NCBI GenBank assembly: GCA_050726155.1
Contig: JBOHIT010000591.1
Coordinates: 1-58,039, forward strand
DNA from: Bradyrhizobium sp.
GTDB taxonomy: Bacteria; Pseudomonadota; Alphaproteobacteria; Rhizobiales; Xanthobacteraceae
Direction: 5' to 3'
DNA length: 58,039 nt
The position numbers and the translations under genes are program-made. Under the pieces are notes generated by a model. The model worked only from the letters and a program-made list of their open reading frames with translations, was not told the origin of the DNA and did not search any database. Shown here in pieces: positions 27,515 through 36,115 of this stretch (positions are counted from its first letter, which is position 1; the number at the start of each line of letters is the position of its first letter).

Positions 27515-30420
27515 TAAAGCAGCTGGCGCTTGGCGAATGACGCAAACATTCCCGGCGTGCTGCTGAGCTCATCATAGCTTCCGGTCTGCACCACCTTGCC
27601 GTCGACCAGCACGATGATGCGATCCGCCTGACGCACGGTGGAGAGCCGGTGCGCAATGATGATCCGCGTCACATTGAGGTTGCCGAGCGAATGACTCACG
27701 ATCGCCTGCGACTGGTTGTCGAGCGCGCTCGTCGCCTCGTCGAACAGCAGGATGCGCGGGCGGCGCGCGACGGCGCGCGCGATCATGATCCGCTGCCGCT
27801 GACCGCCGGACAGCGTATTGACGCCCTCGGAGACCACGGTGTTCATGCCCATCGGCATCGCCTTGATATCGTCTTCCAGGCCGGCCAGCCGCGCCGCCTC
27901 CCATGCCAGTTCGGGCGGCAGTTGAACGCCGCCGCAGATATTATCGTAGAGGCTGCCGGTCGCCAGCTTGCCGTTCTGCAGGACCACGCCGAGCTGGCGG
28001 CGCACCGCGCTGATATCGAGCGTGTCGATGGCCTTGCCGTCGAGGAACACCGTGCCGGTTTCCGGCTTCTCGAATCCCAGCAGCAGCCGGAACAGCGAGG
28101 ATTTGCCGCTGCCTGACGGGCCGACAATGGCGACATATTCGCCCTGGGCGATCCGCAAAGAGACGTTGTCGAGCACCGGCGGACCGCTATCCGTATAGCG
28201 GAAGGTGACACGCGACAGTTCGACCGCTCCGGACAGTTCGCCCGGCGATTTCCGTTCGTCCGACAATTCGGCTTCACCTGAAATCAGCGGGCGGAGGCGG
28301 GTGATGTGCGGGATCGCGATCAGCGATTCGCTGATGCCCGAAGCCCATGAGCCGATCGCGGCCATCGATTGTCCGAACGCGGAAAAGAAGGCGAGGAAGC
28401 CGCCGACATCGACCAGCAGCTTGCTCTTCAGGAACGTCGCCGCCCCGAAGATGATGAGGGTGGCGATCAGCGGAAACGCCGCTTCAAAGACGCCAAGGGC
28501 GTTGGAAGCCTTCTGCGAGGAGATGAAATTGCGTTTCTGCGCGGCGAATTGCCGTGACCAAACCGCAAGCGCACGCGCTGTCGCGTCGGCGACGCGAAGT
28601 TTCCCGATGCCGGTGATCAGTTGCAGCACGAAGCCGCCGATCTTGCCTTGCTCGGTAAAGTACTTGTTCTCGTAATAGAGGCGGAGCGCACTGGTGGCGA
28701 CGATCAGCAACGCCCGGATCAGCGTCAGCAGCAGCGCGATCAGCCCCAGTTTGAGATCATAGTAGAGCATCAGGGCGATGCTGAACCAGGCGAGCACGCC
28801 CATCAGCATGCTGCGCAGCGCGCGTCCGGTAAAAACCCGCCGCGCCGCGTCGATGCCCATCGAGCGGTCGACGAAATCGCCGACGGTGTATTCCCGAAAC
28901 AGCGAGGTCGGCAGGCGGAGCATCCGGTCGATCACGGCTGCCTGCAGCCTCCAGTCCATCAGGCCTTCGACCTTCAGCATCGCCAGCCCTTCCATGGTCT
29001 GGATACTGGCGATGGCGATGGCCGTGACGGCGAGCGCGAGGCCGCAAAAGACCAGCTGGTCGAGTTCGCTGCGCGGGATCACGGAATTGACGAGGAGGCT
29101 GGTGATCTGCGGCGTCACCAGCGACAACAATCCGATCGCGATGATCGCGATCACGATCCGCAGGAAGCTGCCGGTGGAATGCTTGAACGAGAAAGTCAAC
29201 AGGTCGCGGAACCGGAGCGGGCGCGCCGGCAGCGCCGGATAGAACGACACGGCTTCCGGGGCCAATTCCATGGCGAGCGCCCGATCGACGGGGCGCTGGG
29301 TCCCGGTCTTGCTGTCCAGCATCACGTAGCGACGGGCGCCGCGGCGAATGAGTGCGACGGGATTTTGCGCCTCGCCGTGCCAGGCGACCAATGGCCCTGC
29401 ATCCTGCTGCCACCAATCGCCCCGCAACAGTGTCCGGCGAACGCGCAAGCGGGCTGAACGCGCGATCTCGATCGCGCCGCCAAATCCGCCCTCCGACTGC
29501 GGCGGCCGGGGCGGGATGGTGAAAGGCATCTTGATCGCTTCCACAACGACCCGGCAGGCGTTGAAGAGCGGATCCGCTGAATCCGTGGCGATCGTCGTGT
29601 GGGTCGAGCGCTGCACGACCACATCGGAAAGGCGCTCAAAGGATTCTGCCGTCTGTGCCGCGATCAATTCGCGGCGAAGGACCAGACGCCGTGCCTCCCG
29701 CTCGGCGTCGCAGGCCAGATATTGCCGCACGCAACTGGCAACGCCGAGATGGAATTGATCGATGGCGAGCCATAGCTGGTCCGCATCCGGCATCTGTTCG
29801 GTGCCGCGCACGCCGCAGCCTGATGGACCCGCCTCGATCCACATGCCTGATGTGAGCGGCAAGGGTGGGCCACCCGCGGCGATCGGAGGATCGAGCCCCA
29901 TCGGCTTGGCCGTTCCTTGGTCCGGAGAGACCCAGACGATGCTGCGGCCTGGACCGCGGCGCCGTTCGCCCGGCGGAATAGCTGCCGCGCCCCCGGTCGG
30001 CACTTCGAGCATGTCCCAACTCGGGTTGGGCCCGGCGATCAATCTTGCAAGCCGTCGGATCCATGCGATGGCAGCGTCGGTGGATTGAATGTCCATGCGC
30101 GGCACGAGCAGCGCCTCGGCGCCGAGACTTCCGACCGCAAGCACCTGTACCTGTGCGTTCGGTTCGTTGAAACCTGATTGCAGGTCGAGAACGATTTCTC
30201 CGCTCTCTACCCGGAACAGATGATGCCGGGCGCCCTCGGTGCTGCCTTCGACGAGCCGGACCGCGAAGACGTCGACATGTCCCGCCGTCATCTGGAGTGC
30301 GTAGCCACGATGGTCGAGCAGCTTCGGATGGCGGCCGTCGAATACGACGTGTCCCGCCGGGCGGGTGTCACCTTCCTGATTGGCCGTCCCTTCGGCCTGC
30401 CGGAGCAGAGATTCACTCAT
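27514..30420 (-). CDS. NHLM/NHLP bacteriocin-system ABC transporter permease/ATPase (no active peptidase; N-terminal cNMP-binding-like domain)
   Basis: Walker A GPSGSGKS, LSGGQRQR, DEATSALD; membrane domain; RVRRTLLRGDWWQQDAGPLVAW segment characteristic of this subunit; third gene of the MFP-C39ABC-ABC triad. Confidence 0.88.
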   Translation of the reverse strand: MSESLLRQAEGTANQEGDTRPAGHVVFDGRHPKLLDHRGYALQMTAGHVDVFAVRLVEGSTEGARHHLFRVESGEIVLDLQSGFNEPNAQVQVLAVGSLGAEALLVPRMDIQSTDAAIAWIRRLARLIAGPNPSWDMLEVPTGGAAAIPPGERRRGPGRSIVWVSPDQGTAKPMGLDPPIAAGGPPLPLTSGMWIEAGPSGCGVRGTEQMPDADQLWLAIDQFHLGVASCVRQYLACDAEREARRLVLRRELIAAQTAESFERLSDVVVQRSTHTTIATDSADPLFNACRVVVEAIKMPFTIPPRPPQSEGGFGGAIEIARSARLRVRRTLLRGDWWQQDAGPLVAWHGEAQNPVALIRRGARRYVMLDSKTGTQRPVDRALAMELAPEAVSFYPALPARPLRFRDLLTFSFKHSTGSFLRIVIAIIAIGLLSLVTPQITSLLVNSVIPRSELDQLVFCGLALAVTAIAIASIQTMEGLAMLKVEGLMDWRLQAAVIDRMLRLPTSLFREYTVGDFVDRSMGIDAARRVFTGRALRSMLMGVLAWFSIALMLYYDLKLGLIALLLTLIRALLIVATSALRLYYENKYFTEQGKIGGFVLQLITGIGKLRVADATARALAVWSRQFAAQKRNFISSQKASNALGVFEAAFPLIATLIIFGAATFLKSKLLVDVGGFLAFFSAFGQSMAAIGSWASGISESLIAIPHITRLRPLISGEAELSDERKSPGELSGAVELSRVTFRYTDSGPPVLDNVSLRIAQGEYVAIVGPSGSGKSSLFRLLLGFEKPETGTVFLDGKAIDTLDISAVRRQLGVVLQNGKLATGSLYDNICGGVQLPPELAWEAARLAGLEDDIKAMPMGMNTVVSEGVNTLSGGQRQRIMIARAVARRPRILLFDEATSALDNQSQAIVSHSLGNLNVTRIIIAHRLSTVRQADRIIVLVDGKVVQTGSYDELSSTPGMFASFAKRQLL

Positions 30421-32648
30421 TCCTGGGCCACTAATCTTGCGTACGCGCCCTGAAGGCCCATCAGCTGTTCATGGGTTCCGCGTTCGACGATCTTGCCCAG
30501 CTGCAGCACGATGATCTCGTCGCAGTCACGGATAGTGCTGAGGCGATGCGCAATGATGATGCAGGTGCAGCCACGCCGCCGCAGATTGTCATCGATGATC
30601 TTTTCGGTGATCGGGTCGAGGGCCCCGGTCGCCTCGTCGAGCACGAGGATGGAGGGATTGGAAACCAGCGCCCGGGCGATCTCGATGCGCTGGCGCTGGC
30701 CGCCGCTGAAATTGGTGCCGCCCTCGTTGATATAACAGTCGTAGTTTCCCGTCCGCGTCGCGATGTCCTCGTGGATCACGGCATCCTTCAGCGCCTGCGA
30801 AAGGTCGGCTTCGGAGACGGTGGAGTCCCAAAGGGTCAGGTTCTCGCGAGCCGTTCCCTCGAACAGGAAGATGTCCTGATCGACATAGGTGATCGAATTC
30901 GCAAACACCTGTGGCGGGATTTCCGGCAAGCTCCAGCCGTCGACGCGAACGTCGCCGGCCCATGGCTTGTAGAGCCCGCAGATCAGCTTTCCGAGGGTCG
31001 ATTTGCCGCTGCCGGAGGCGCCGACCAAGGCCACCCGTGAGCCCGGGTGGATGCTGATCGTGATATCATCCAGCAGCGGAGGCTCCAGGATCGAGTAGCC
31101 GAACTTGATATTGCTGAGTTCGACCTTGCCGGTCAGTTTTGGCGGGAATCGCTCCGGCGCGGCCTGAGATTTTTCCGGCTTTCCGAGCGGATAATTGTAG
31201 ACGTCTTCCAGCCGCTCGAGCCCACCCTTGATGGTCTGCAAATTGCCGACGTAGTTGACGAGCTCGTTGACCGGTTCGGAGAAACTCGCCATCAGCGACT
31301 GGAACGCCACCAGGCCGCCGAGCGTCAGGGATCCCTCGATGACGCGCATGCCCCCGACGCTGAGGATGGCCGCAACGGTCAGGCCCGTGAACAGCGTCGG
31401 CAGCATGTCGAGATAGATCGAGGAAGCGCCGAGCTCCTGCTCGGCGTTCAAGGCCTTGGCCTGGATGCCGGCCCATTGCCCGAATGCCTCGTCCTCCAGG
31501 CCGCTCGCCTTGAGGGTCTCGATGCTGCGCACGGCGCTGACGGTGGAGCCGACCAGCTTGCCTTGCTCCAGCGCAAGCGAGCGACTGAGGTCCTGCCGGC
31601 GTTCGCTGATGAACCGCAATGCAACCACGTTCGCGAGCGTCATGCTGACGCCAATGATCGTCAGCGGCAGATCGTAGATCGCCATCGCGGCGGCGAAGAA
31701 CACGATCGAAGTCAGATTGAGCGCATTGGATGCCACACCGCTCGAAAGCAAGCGCCCGATCTGTTCGTTGGCGCCGACGCGGGTGGAAATATCGCCGGCA
31801 TGACGCTGGGTAAAGAATTCCACCGGCAGCGACATGACGTGCCAGAGAAAGCGGCTGACCATCACCACCGAAAGCTTGGTCTGCAGCCGCAACAACAGCG
31901 ATTGCCGCACCAGTGTCAGCAGCGCGCGGATGATCGCCGTGAGACCCATGCCGATCAGCAGCGGAATGAACCAGCTGCTGGTCCCCTGGATCAGGATATG
32001 ATCGATGAAGATCTTTGAAAAGCCGGCGGCGACGATCGCCGGCACCACCAGCGCGAGGCTTACCAGCACCAGAAGTCCGACGGCGGCCTTCGACGAGCGC
32101 AATTCGCGTAGCAGCAGCTTCAATCCGAGCGGCTTGGTGCCCGAGCGCTGAAACCCGGCCGTGGGCTCCATGGTGAGCGCGACGCCGGTGAAGGCGAGAT
32201 CGAGCTCGACCATGTCGGTGCGCCGGCGTCCGACCGCGGGATCGTTGATATAGACGTCGCTGCCGTCGATACCCTCGAGCACCACGAAATGATTGAAATT
32301 CCAGTGGATGATGCAGGGCATCGGCAATTCGTGCAGCGTCGTCGGCTCTTTGCGGAAACCCTTGGCATCGAAGCCAAAGGTGCGCGCTGCCCTGACGATG
32401 TTGCTCGCCTTGCTGCCGTCGCGCGAGACGCCGCACGAAACGCGCAACTGCTCCAGTGGAATCCACGCACCGTGATGCGCGAGCACCATCGCCAGCGCGG
32501 CCGCGCCGCATTCGACGGCCTCCATCTGCAGGATGGTGGGCGTCTTCTTGACGTTGCGACGCCAAAACAGCCTTCGGAACCGGTGCCAAAGCGATGGCGG
32601 CCGGTACTCGGGCGGAGCCGGTGGCTGCGATGGGACGTTATCCGTCAA
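30417..32648 (-). CDS. NHLM/NHLP bacteriocin-system ABC transporter with C39 peptidase domain
   Basis: KTPTILQMEAVECGAAAL (catalytic Cys), CGVSRDGSKA, HWNFNHFVV (His), INDPA; GASGSGKS, FSGGQRQR. Confidence 0.93.
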   Translation of the reverse strand: MTDNVPSQPPAPPEYRPPSLWHRFRRLFWRRNVKKTPTILQMEAVECGAAALAMVLAHHGAWIPLEQLRVSCGVSRDGSKASNIVRAARTFGFDAKGFRKEPTTLHELPMPCIIHWNFNHFVVLEGIDGSDVYINDPAVGRRRTDMVELDLAFTGVALTMEPTAGFQRSGTKPLGLKLLLRELRSSKAAVGLLVLVSLALVVPAIVAAGFSKIFIDHILIQGTSSWFIPLLIGMGLTAIIRALLTLVRQSLLLRLQTKLSVVMVSRFLWHVMSLPVEFFTQRHAGDISTRVGANEQIGRLLSSGVASNALNLTSIVFFAAAMAIYDLPLTIIGVSMTLANVVALRFISERRQDLSRSLALEQGKLVGSTVSAVRSIETLKASGLEDEAFGQWAGIQAKALNAEQELGASSIYLDMLPTLFTGLTVAAILSVGGMRVIEGSLTLGGLVAFQSLMASFSEPVNELVNYVGNLQTIKGGLERLEDVYNYPLGKPEKSQAAPERFPPKLTGKVELSNIKFGYSILEPPLLDDITISIHPGSRVALVGASGSGKSTLGKLICGLYKPWAGDVRVDGWSLPEIPPQVFANSITYVDQDIFLFEGTARENLTLWDSTVSEADLSQALKDAVIHEDIATRTGNYDCYINEGGTNFSGGQRQRIEIARALVSNPSILVLDEATGALDPITEKIIDDNLRRRGCTCIIIAHRLSTIRDCDEIIVLQLGKIVERGTHEQLMGLQGAYARLVAQE

Positions 32649-33906
32649 TGCCGGTATACTTCTTGAACAGCGGCACCACCAGATCGAGCGGACGTTGCCG
32701 CCGGGTGGTGATTTCCGCGCGCGTCAGCGTTCCGCTGGTGAGGCGGGTGGGCGGCCCTTGTCCCACCGCCCAGCGGTAGCCGCTGACGGTTTCCGGGTCC
32801 GGCTCCAGGCTGACCGTTGCGGCGTAGGCGGCGCCTTCCTTCGAGAAGCGGGTGACCAGAGTGTCATTGTGGAGCACGGCCGCCATGCCTTGCGGCGTCA
32901 TCGGGAAATCCGAGATCGTCACCACGGTGCCGACCATGGTTCCGAATTCCTCGCGCTTCACCGTGCTGGGCTCGATGCGCACCGGCATCCCGAGCTTCAC
33001 GTTCTTGCCGCGCTCGGCCGGAATATAGATCAGGGCTTCCAGCTTGTTGCCTTCGCTCTCGATCGCAACCACCGGCGCGCCGACCGCGAGCACCGCGCCC
33101 GCGGAGACCTTGATTTCGAGCACGCGCCCATCGACCGGGCTGATGATCTGGGTGTTCTGGGTCAGCAGGCTCGCCGCGGATTCCATCTGACGGCGGGCGT
33201 CATTGAGGGCAAATTCCGATGTCTGGTTCTCGCGTTCGCGCTGGGTCTCCAGATCGCTCTGTGTCGATCGGATCTTGAGGATTTCGTTGAGCGTATCTTC
33301 CTTGCGCTGCTGGGCGTCGGTGAGATCACGCCGCCGCTCTTCGAGCGTGCGTCGGGTCGTCAATCCCTTCGCCATCAGATCCTCGAGCGTCTTGACGTCG
33401 TTGGTCAGATACTCGATGCGCTGCGTGGTCGCCTTGATGACCTGGTTGAAGGCGGCCTCGAGCTTGGCAAAGTTCTGGGCCTTCGACGCAAGCTCGCGCT
33501 TGGTCTTGTCGATCAGGTCGGCGTGCTGGCGTTCCTTCTCGCGAAAGACCTCGACGGCTGCCGCATGGCGTTGCTGGATATCGGTTTGAACGATCTCTGC
33601 GATCGGTTGTCCCTGTGTGACGCGATCACCGACCAGGACGCTGATCGTGGCCAATCTGCCTGGGGCGGCTGAAGCCGCCTCGACGACGCGGCCGCCGCCG
33701 CTGATCAGAATGCCCTGGCCTTCGGCGCGGGTAGGGACGCGCCCGACGATGCCCCACGTCACCGCGCCGATCAGCGCGATGCAGATGGCGAACACCAGCA
33801 TCCAGTCGAACGGCCTGGTGATGCGGACGAGATGGTCAAGCTGTTCGGGCGAGGCGGCTCGCTGCAGCGCCACGGCGCGAAAGGTCCGCTGCGAAAGATC
33901 GCTCAT
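32638..33906 (-). CDS. NHLM bacteriocin-system secretion protein (HlyD-family membrane fusion protein)
   Basis: FRAVALQRAASPEQLDHLVRIT N-terminus, TM segment, coiled coil, SPVDGRVLE, PSTVKREEFG. Confidence 0.92.
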   Translation of the reverse strand: MSDLSQRTFRAVALQRAASPEQLDHLVRITRPFDWMLVFAICIALIGAVTWGIVGRVPTRAEGQGILISGGGRVVEAASAAPGRLATISVLVGDRVTQGQPIAEIVQTDIQQRHAAAVEVFREKERQHADLIDKTKRELASKAQNFAKLEAAFNQVIKATTQRIEYLTNDVKTLEDLMAKGLTTRRTLEERRRDLTDAQQRKEDTLNEILKIRSTQSDLETQRERENQTSEFALNDARRQMESAASLLTQNTQIISPVDGRVLEIKVSAGAVLAVGAPVVAIESEGNKLEALIYIPAERGKNVKLGMPVRIEPSTVKREEFGTMVGTVVTISDFPMTPQGMAAVLHNDTLVTRFSKEGAAYAATVSLEPDPETVSGYRWAVGQGPPTRLTSGTLTRAEITTRRQRPLDLVVPLFKKYTGIDG

Positions 33907-34162
33907 TTTCCCGGGTCCATAATCGTACCGGGGAGAGTCTCCCCAGCCGCGAGCAGTCGATGATTTTGTCGATCACGCACAGCCCTGTTCCTCTTGCGGG
34001 CAGATCATACACAAAAGCCACCCCGGAACAACCAAACGCGCCGGAAGGACCGCGCGGAAAGCCGTGCTCGCCGTGCAAAAATGACGCAGACCGGGTACTG
34101 ACCGCCCTAGCAGCGGCCGCAATGGCGAACTATGGTTGTTGGCCATGATCGAGGTTGATCCA

Positions 34163-34747
34163 ATGGGCGTGAGCGCCGTCGGGAAGTTGTTGGTCGGAGT
34201 TGCGGGGAGAAAGACCGATCCCGCTTGCATGCCGGGCGGGCGGTCGATTGCCGCTCCACGTCGCGGGTGGCTCGGATCGCTGGTCCTTGGTGTTGCGATG
34301 CTCGTGCTGGCACCCGACGTGTCGCGCAGCGGTGTGCTGAGCGAAAGCGACTTCAAGAAAGTCGAAGCCATAAAGCCGCTATTCCAGAACTTGATGGGTG
34401 ATCTGGTCCAGACGTCCAAGCGATCGGACCTTTCCAGCGGTGACGTCGAGTGTGTCATGTCTACTATCCGGGAGCTTCTTCAGATATCCGAAGAGCTTTC
34501 GAGCTACGAGTACTTGATCACGATCGAAAAAGAGATGACCGATTTCGGGGATAACAGTCCGGTGAAGGGGGTCGTGAAATTCGCGATCGAGAAGTCCAAT
34601 ACGATTCTTGCTGAGGAGCGGAAACGATTGGTTCAACTATCGGACCGATGTGTGCGTTTTCCGCTGGCCTTCGGCAAGACCCAACAGGCGCTGCAATTCA
34701 TTGACACGACCACCAACCTTCTCAATTCCATTCAAGTGCGTCTGTGA
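34163..34747 (+). CDS. hypothetical exported or membrane-anchored alpha-helical protein (start uncertain)
   Basis: Natural amino-acid composition; hydrophobic segment RRGWLGSLVLGVAMLVLA followed by a helical domain with two Cys; divergent from the exporter. Confidence 0.7.
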   Translation: MGVSAVGKLLVGVAGRKTDPACMPGGRSIAAPRRGWLGSLVLGVAMLVLAPDVSRSGVLSESDFKKVEAIKPLFQNLMGDLVQTSKRSDLSSGDVECVMSTIRELLQISEELSSYEYLITIEKEMTDFGDNSPVKGVVKFAIEKSNTILAEERKRLVQLSDRCVRFPLAFGKTQQALQFIDTTTNLLNSIQVRL

Positions 34748-34790
34748 ACTAGTCCACAATCGCCAGCTTACAACCTCAAGCCACCGCTAC

Positions 34791-34806
34791 TGTGATGCGT
34801 GTCACA
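34791..34806. promoter_or_regulatory. consensus Crp box
   Basis: TGTGA-TGCGTG-TCACA is an exact TGTGA-N6-TCACA; a weaker TGTGA-ACTAGT-CCACA lies at 34743-34758. Confidence 0.5.
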
Positions 34807-34911
34807 AACTCCGGCCCGGAGATGCGACTCGGCCGCTTGGGGCGTGCGTAGGGCTTGCCGCATAGATGGTTACGCCGGCATCGCCATCAACGGACGAACG
34901 GAGATTGTGGA

Positions 34912-35793
34912 TCAGGACGGCTTTGCCCAATTCTGATACATCGCGAGCAACGCGACGATGTCCTGGCCGCGAAAGCCTTCAGCCAGCGCAAGCGCGTACA
35001 GTTCGCGCGTCGCGGACGCCGATGGCGTCGGCATCTTCGTCATGCGGCCGAGTTCGACGGCGAGCGCCAGATCCTTTTCGCCCAATTCCATCTTGAACCC
35101 CGGCGCGAAGTCGCCCTTGATCGCGTTTGGAAAGCGCTTGGTGAAGTGATGCGAGCGTCCGCCGCTGACGGACAGCACGTCATAGAGCTTGTCCGGTTCG
35201 ACGCCGGCGGCAACACCGAGCGCGAATGCTTCCGCCGCGACCAGCACGTTACCCATCGACATCATGTTGTTGACGATCTTGACGACCTTGGCGGTGCCGA
35301 CCGGGCCGGTGTATTTCCAGTCATTGCCGAGCAGTTTCAGGATCGGCTCGGCGCGGGTGACGTCGGCCATGTCGCCACCGGCGATCAGGATCAGCTTGCC
35401 GGCGCGCGCCTCGTTCGGGCTGCCGCTGACCGGACAATCTACCACCGCGATCCCGCGCGCGGTGGCTGCGTCGGCGGCCTGCCGCATCGTCTGCGGGTCA
35501 ATGGTGCTGAGTTCGATGCAGAGCGTGCCCCTGGCCGCATGGGCGACGATTCCGTTGGCGCCGAGCCAGGCTTCCGTCACCGCCTTCGGATCAGGCAGGC
35601 TGGTCAGCACGACCGTACGGCCTTCGAGTGCTTCCGCGATGCTCGACGCCATTCGGAAGCCGTCCTCGGTGAGGCGCGCGCACTGGTCGGCGTTGACGTC
35701 GTAGCCGACGACGTCGAGGTTGGACTCCCTGAGCCGCCCCGCCATCCCCGATCCCATCTGCCCCATTCCGATGACCGCGACCTTCTCAGACAT
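34912..35793 (-). CDS. beta-hydroxyacid dehydrogenase (3-hydroxyisobutyrate dehydrogenase family)
   Basis: VIGMGQMGSGMA, DCPVSGS, GTAKVVKIVNN, KDLALA; start re-set to MSEKV. Confidence 0.9.
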   Translation of the reverse strand: MSEKVAVIGMGQMGSGMAGRLRESNLDVVGYDVNADQCARLTEDGFRMASSIAEALEGRTVVLTSLPDPKAVTEAWLGANGIVAHAARGTLCIELSTIDPQTMRQAADAATARGIAVVDCPVSGSPNEARAGKLILIAGGDMADVTRAEPILKLLGNDWKYTGPVGTAKVVKIVNNMMSMGNVLVAAEAFALGVAAGVEPDKLYDVLSVSGGRSHHFTKRFPNAIKGDFAPGFKMELGEKDLALAVELGRMTKMPTPSASATRELYALALAEGFRGQDIVALLAMYQNWAKPS

Positions 35794-36115
35794 GTCTCTC
35801 TCCCGGTTCTTTTGTTGCGAGCCGTCGCCGCAGCAAACGCTTCGCTGCATCCTATACAGGCGCGCCGGTGTCAAAGCGACGTTGCAGCCCCGCCAGCGGT
35901 GCAACGGCGTGCGCCGGTGGCGCATGGTGCGGAGGAACGCGCAGTCTGAGGAAGGCTGACTTCCAGGACTAGTCGCCAACTGGACATGCTGCCGACAAGC
36001 CGAAATCGAGCCGATTGACCCAATAGTTAAGTGACTTTGTCCTGTTGGATGTGAACCGGAACGCCAGATGCCGATACATATTTCCGGACATCAAAGTTCG
36101 CCCAGGGAAATCGCA

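Larger units (their letters stand above)
26302..27516. repeat. about 440-bp direct duplication (26302-26743 and 27078-27516): terminator, peptide gene, promoter and palindromic element
   Basis: Near-identical flanks (GGCGGTCTCTTCCTTAACTCACACCTGTTCAGCTTCAGAAG; GATCCACTTCGTCTATGATCAGGAGACTA); divergence is concentrated in the core-peptide codons. Confidence 0.9.

Noticed and set aside
25930..27516. CRISPR-like repeat/spacer array
   Set aside because: The repeats are hundreds of bp long and are gene cassettes; there are no short regularly spaced repeats and no cas genes.
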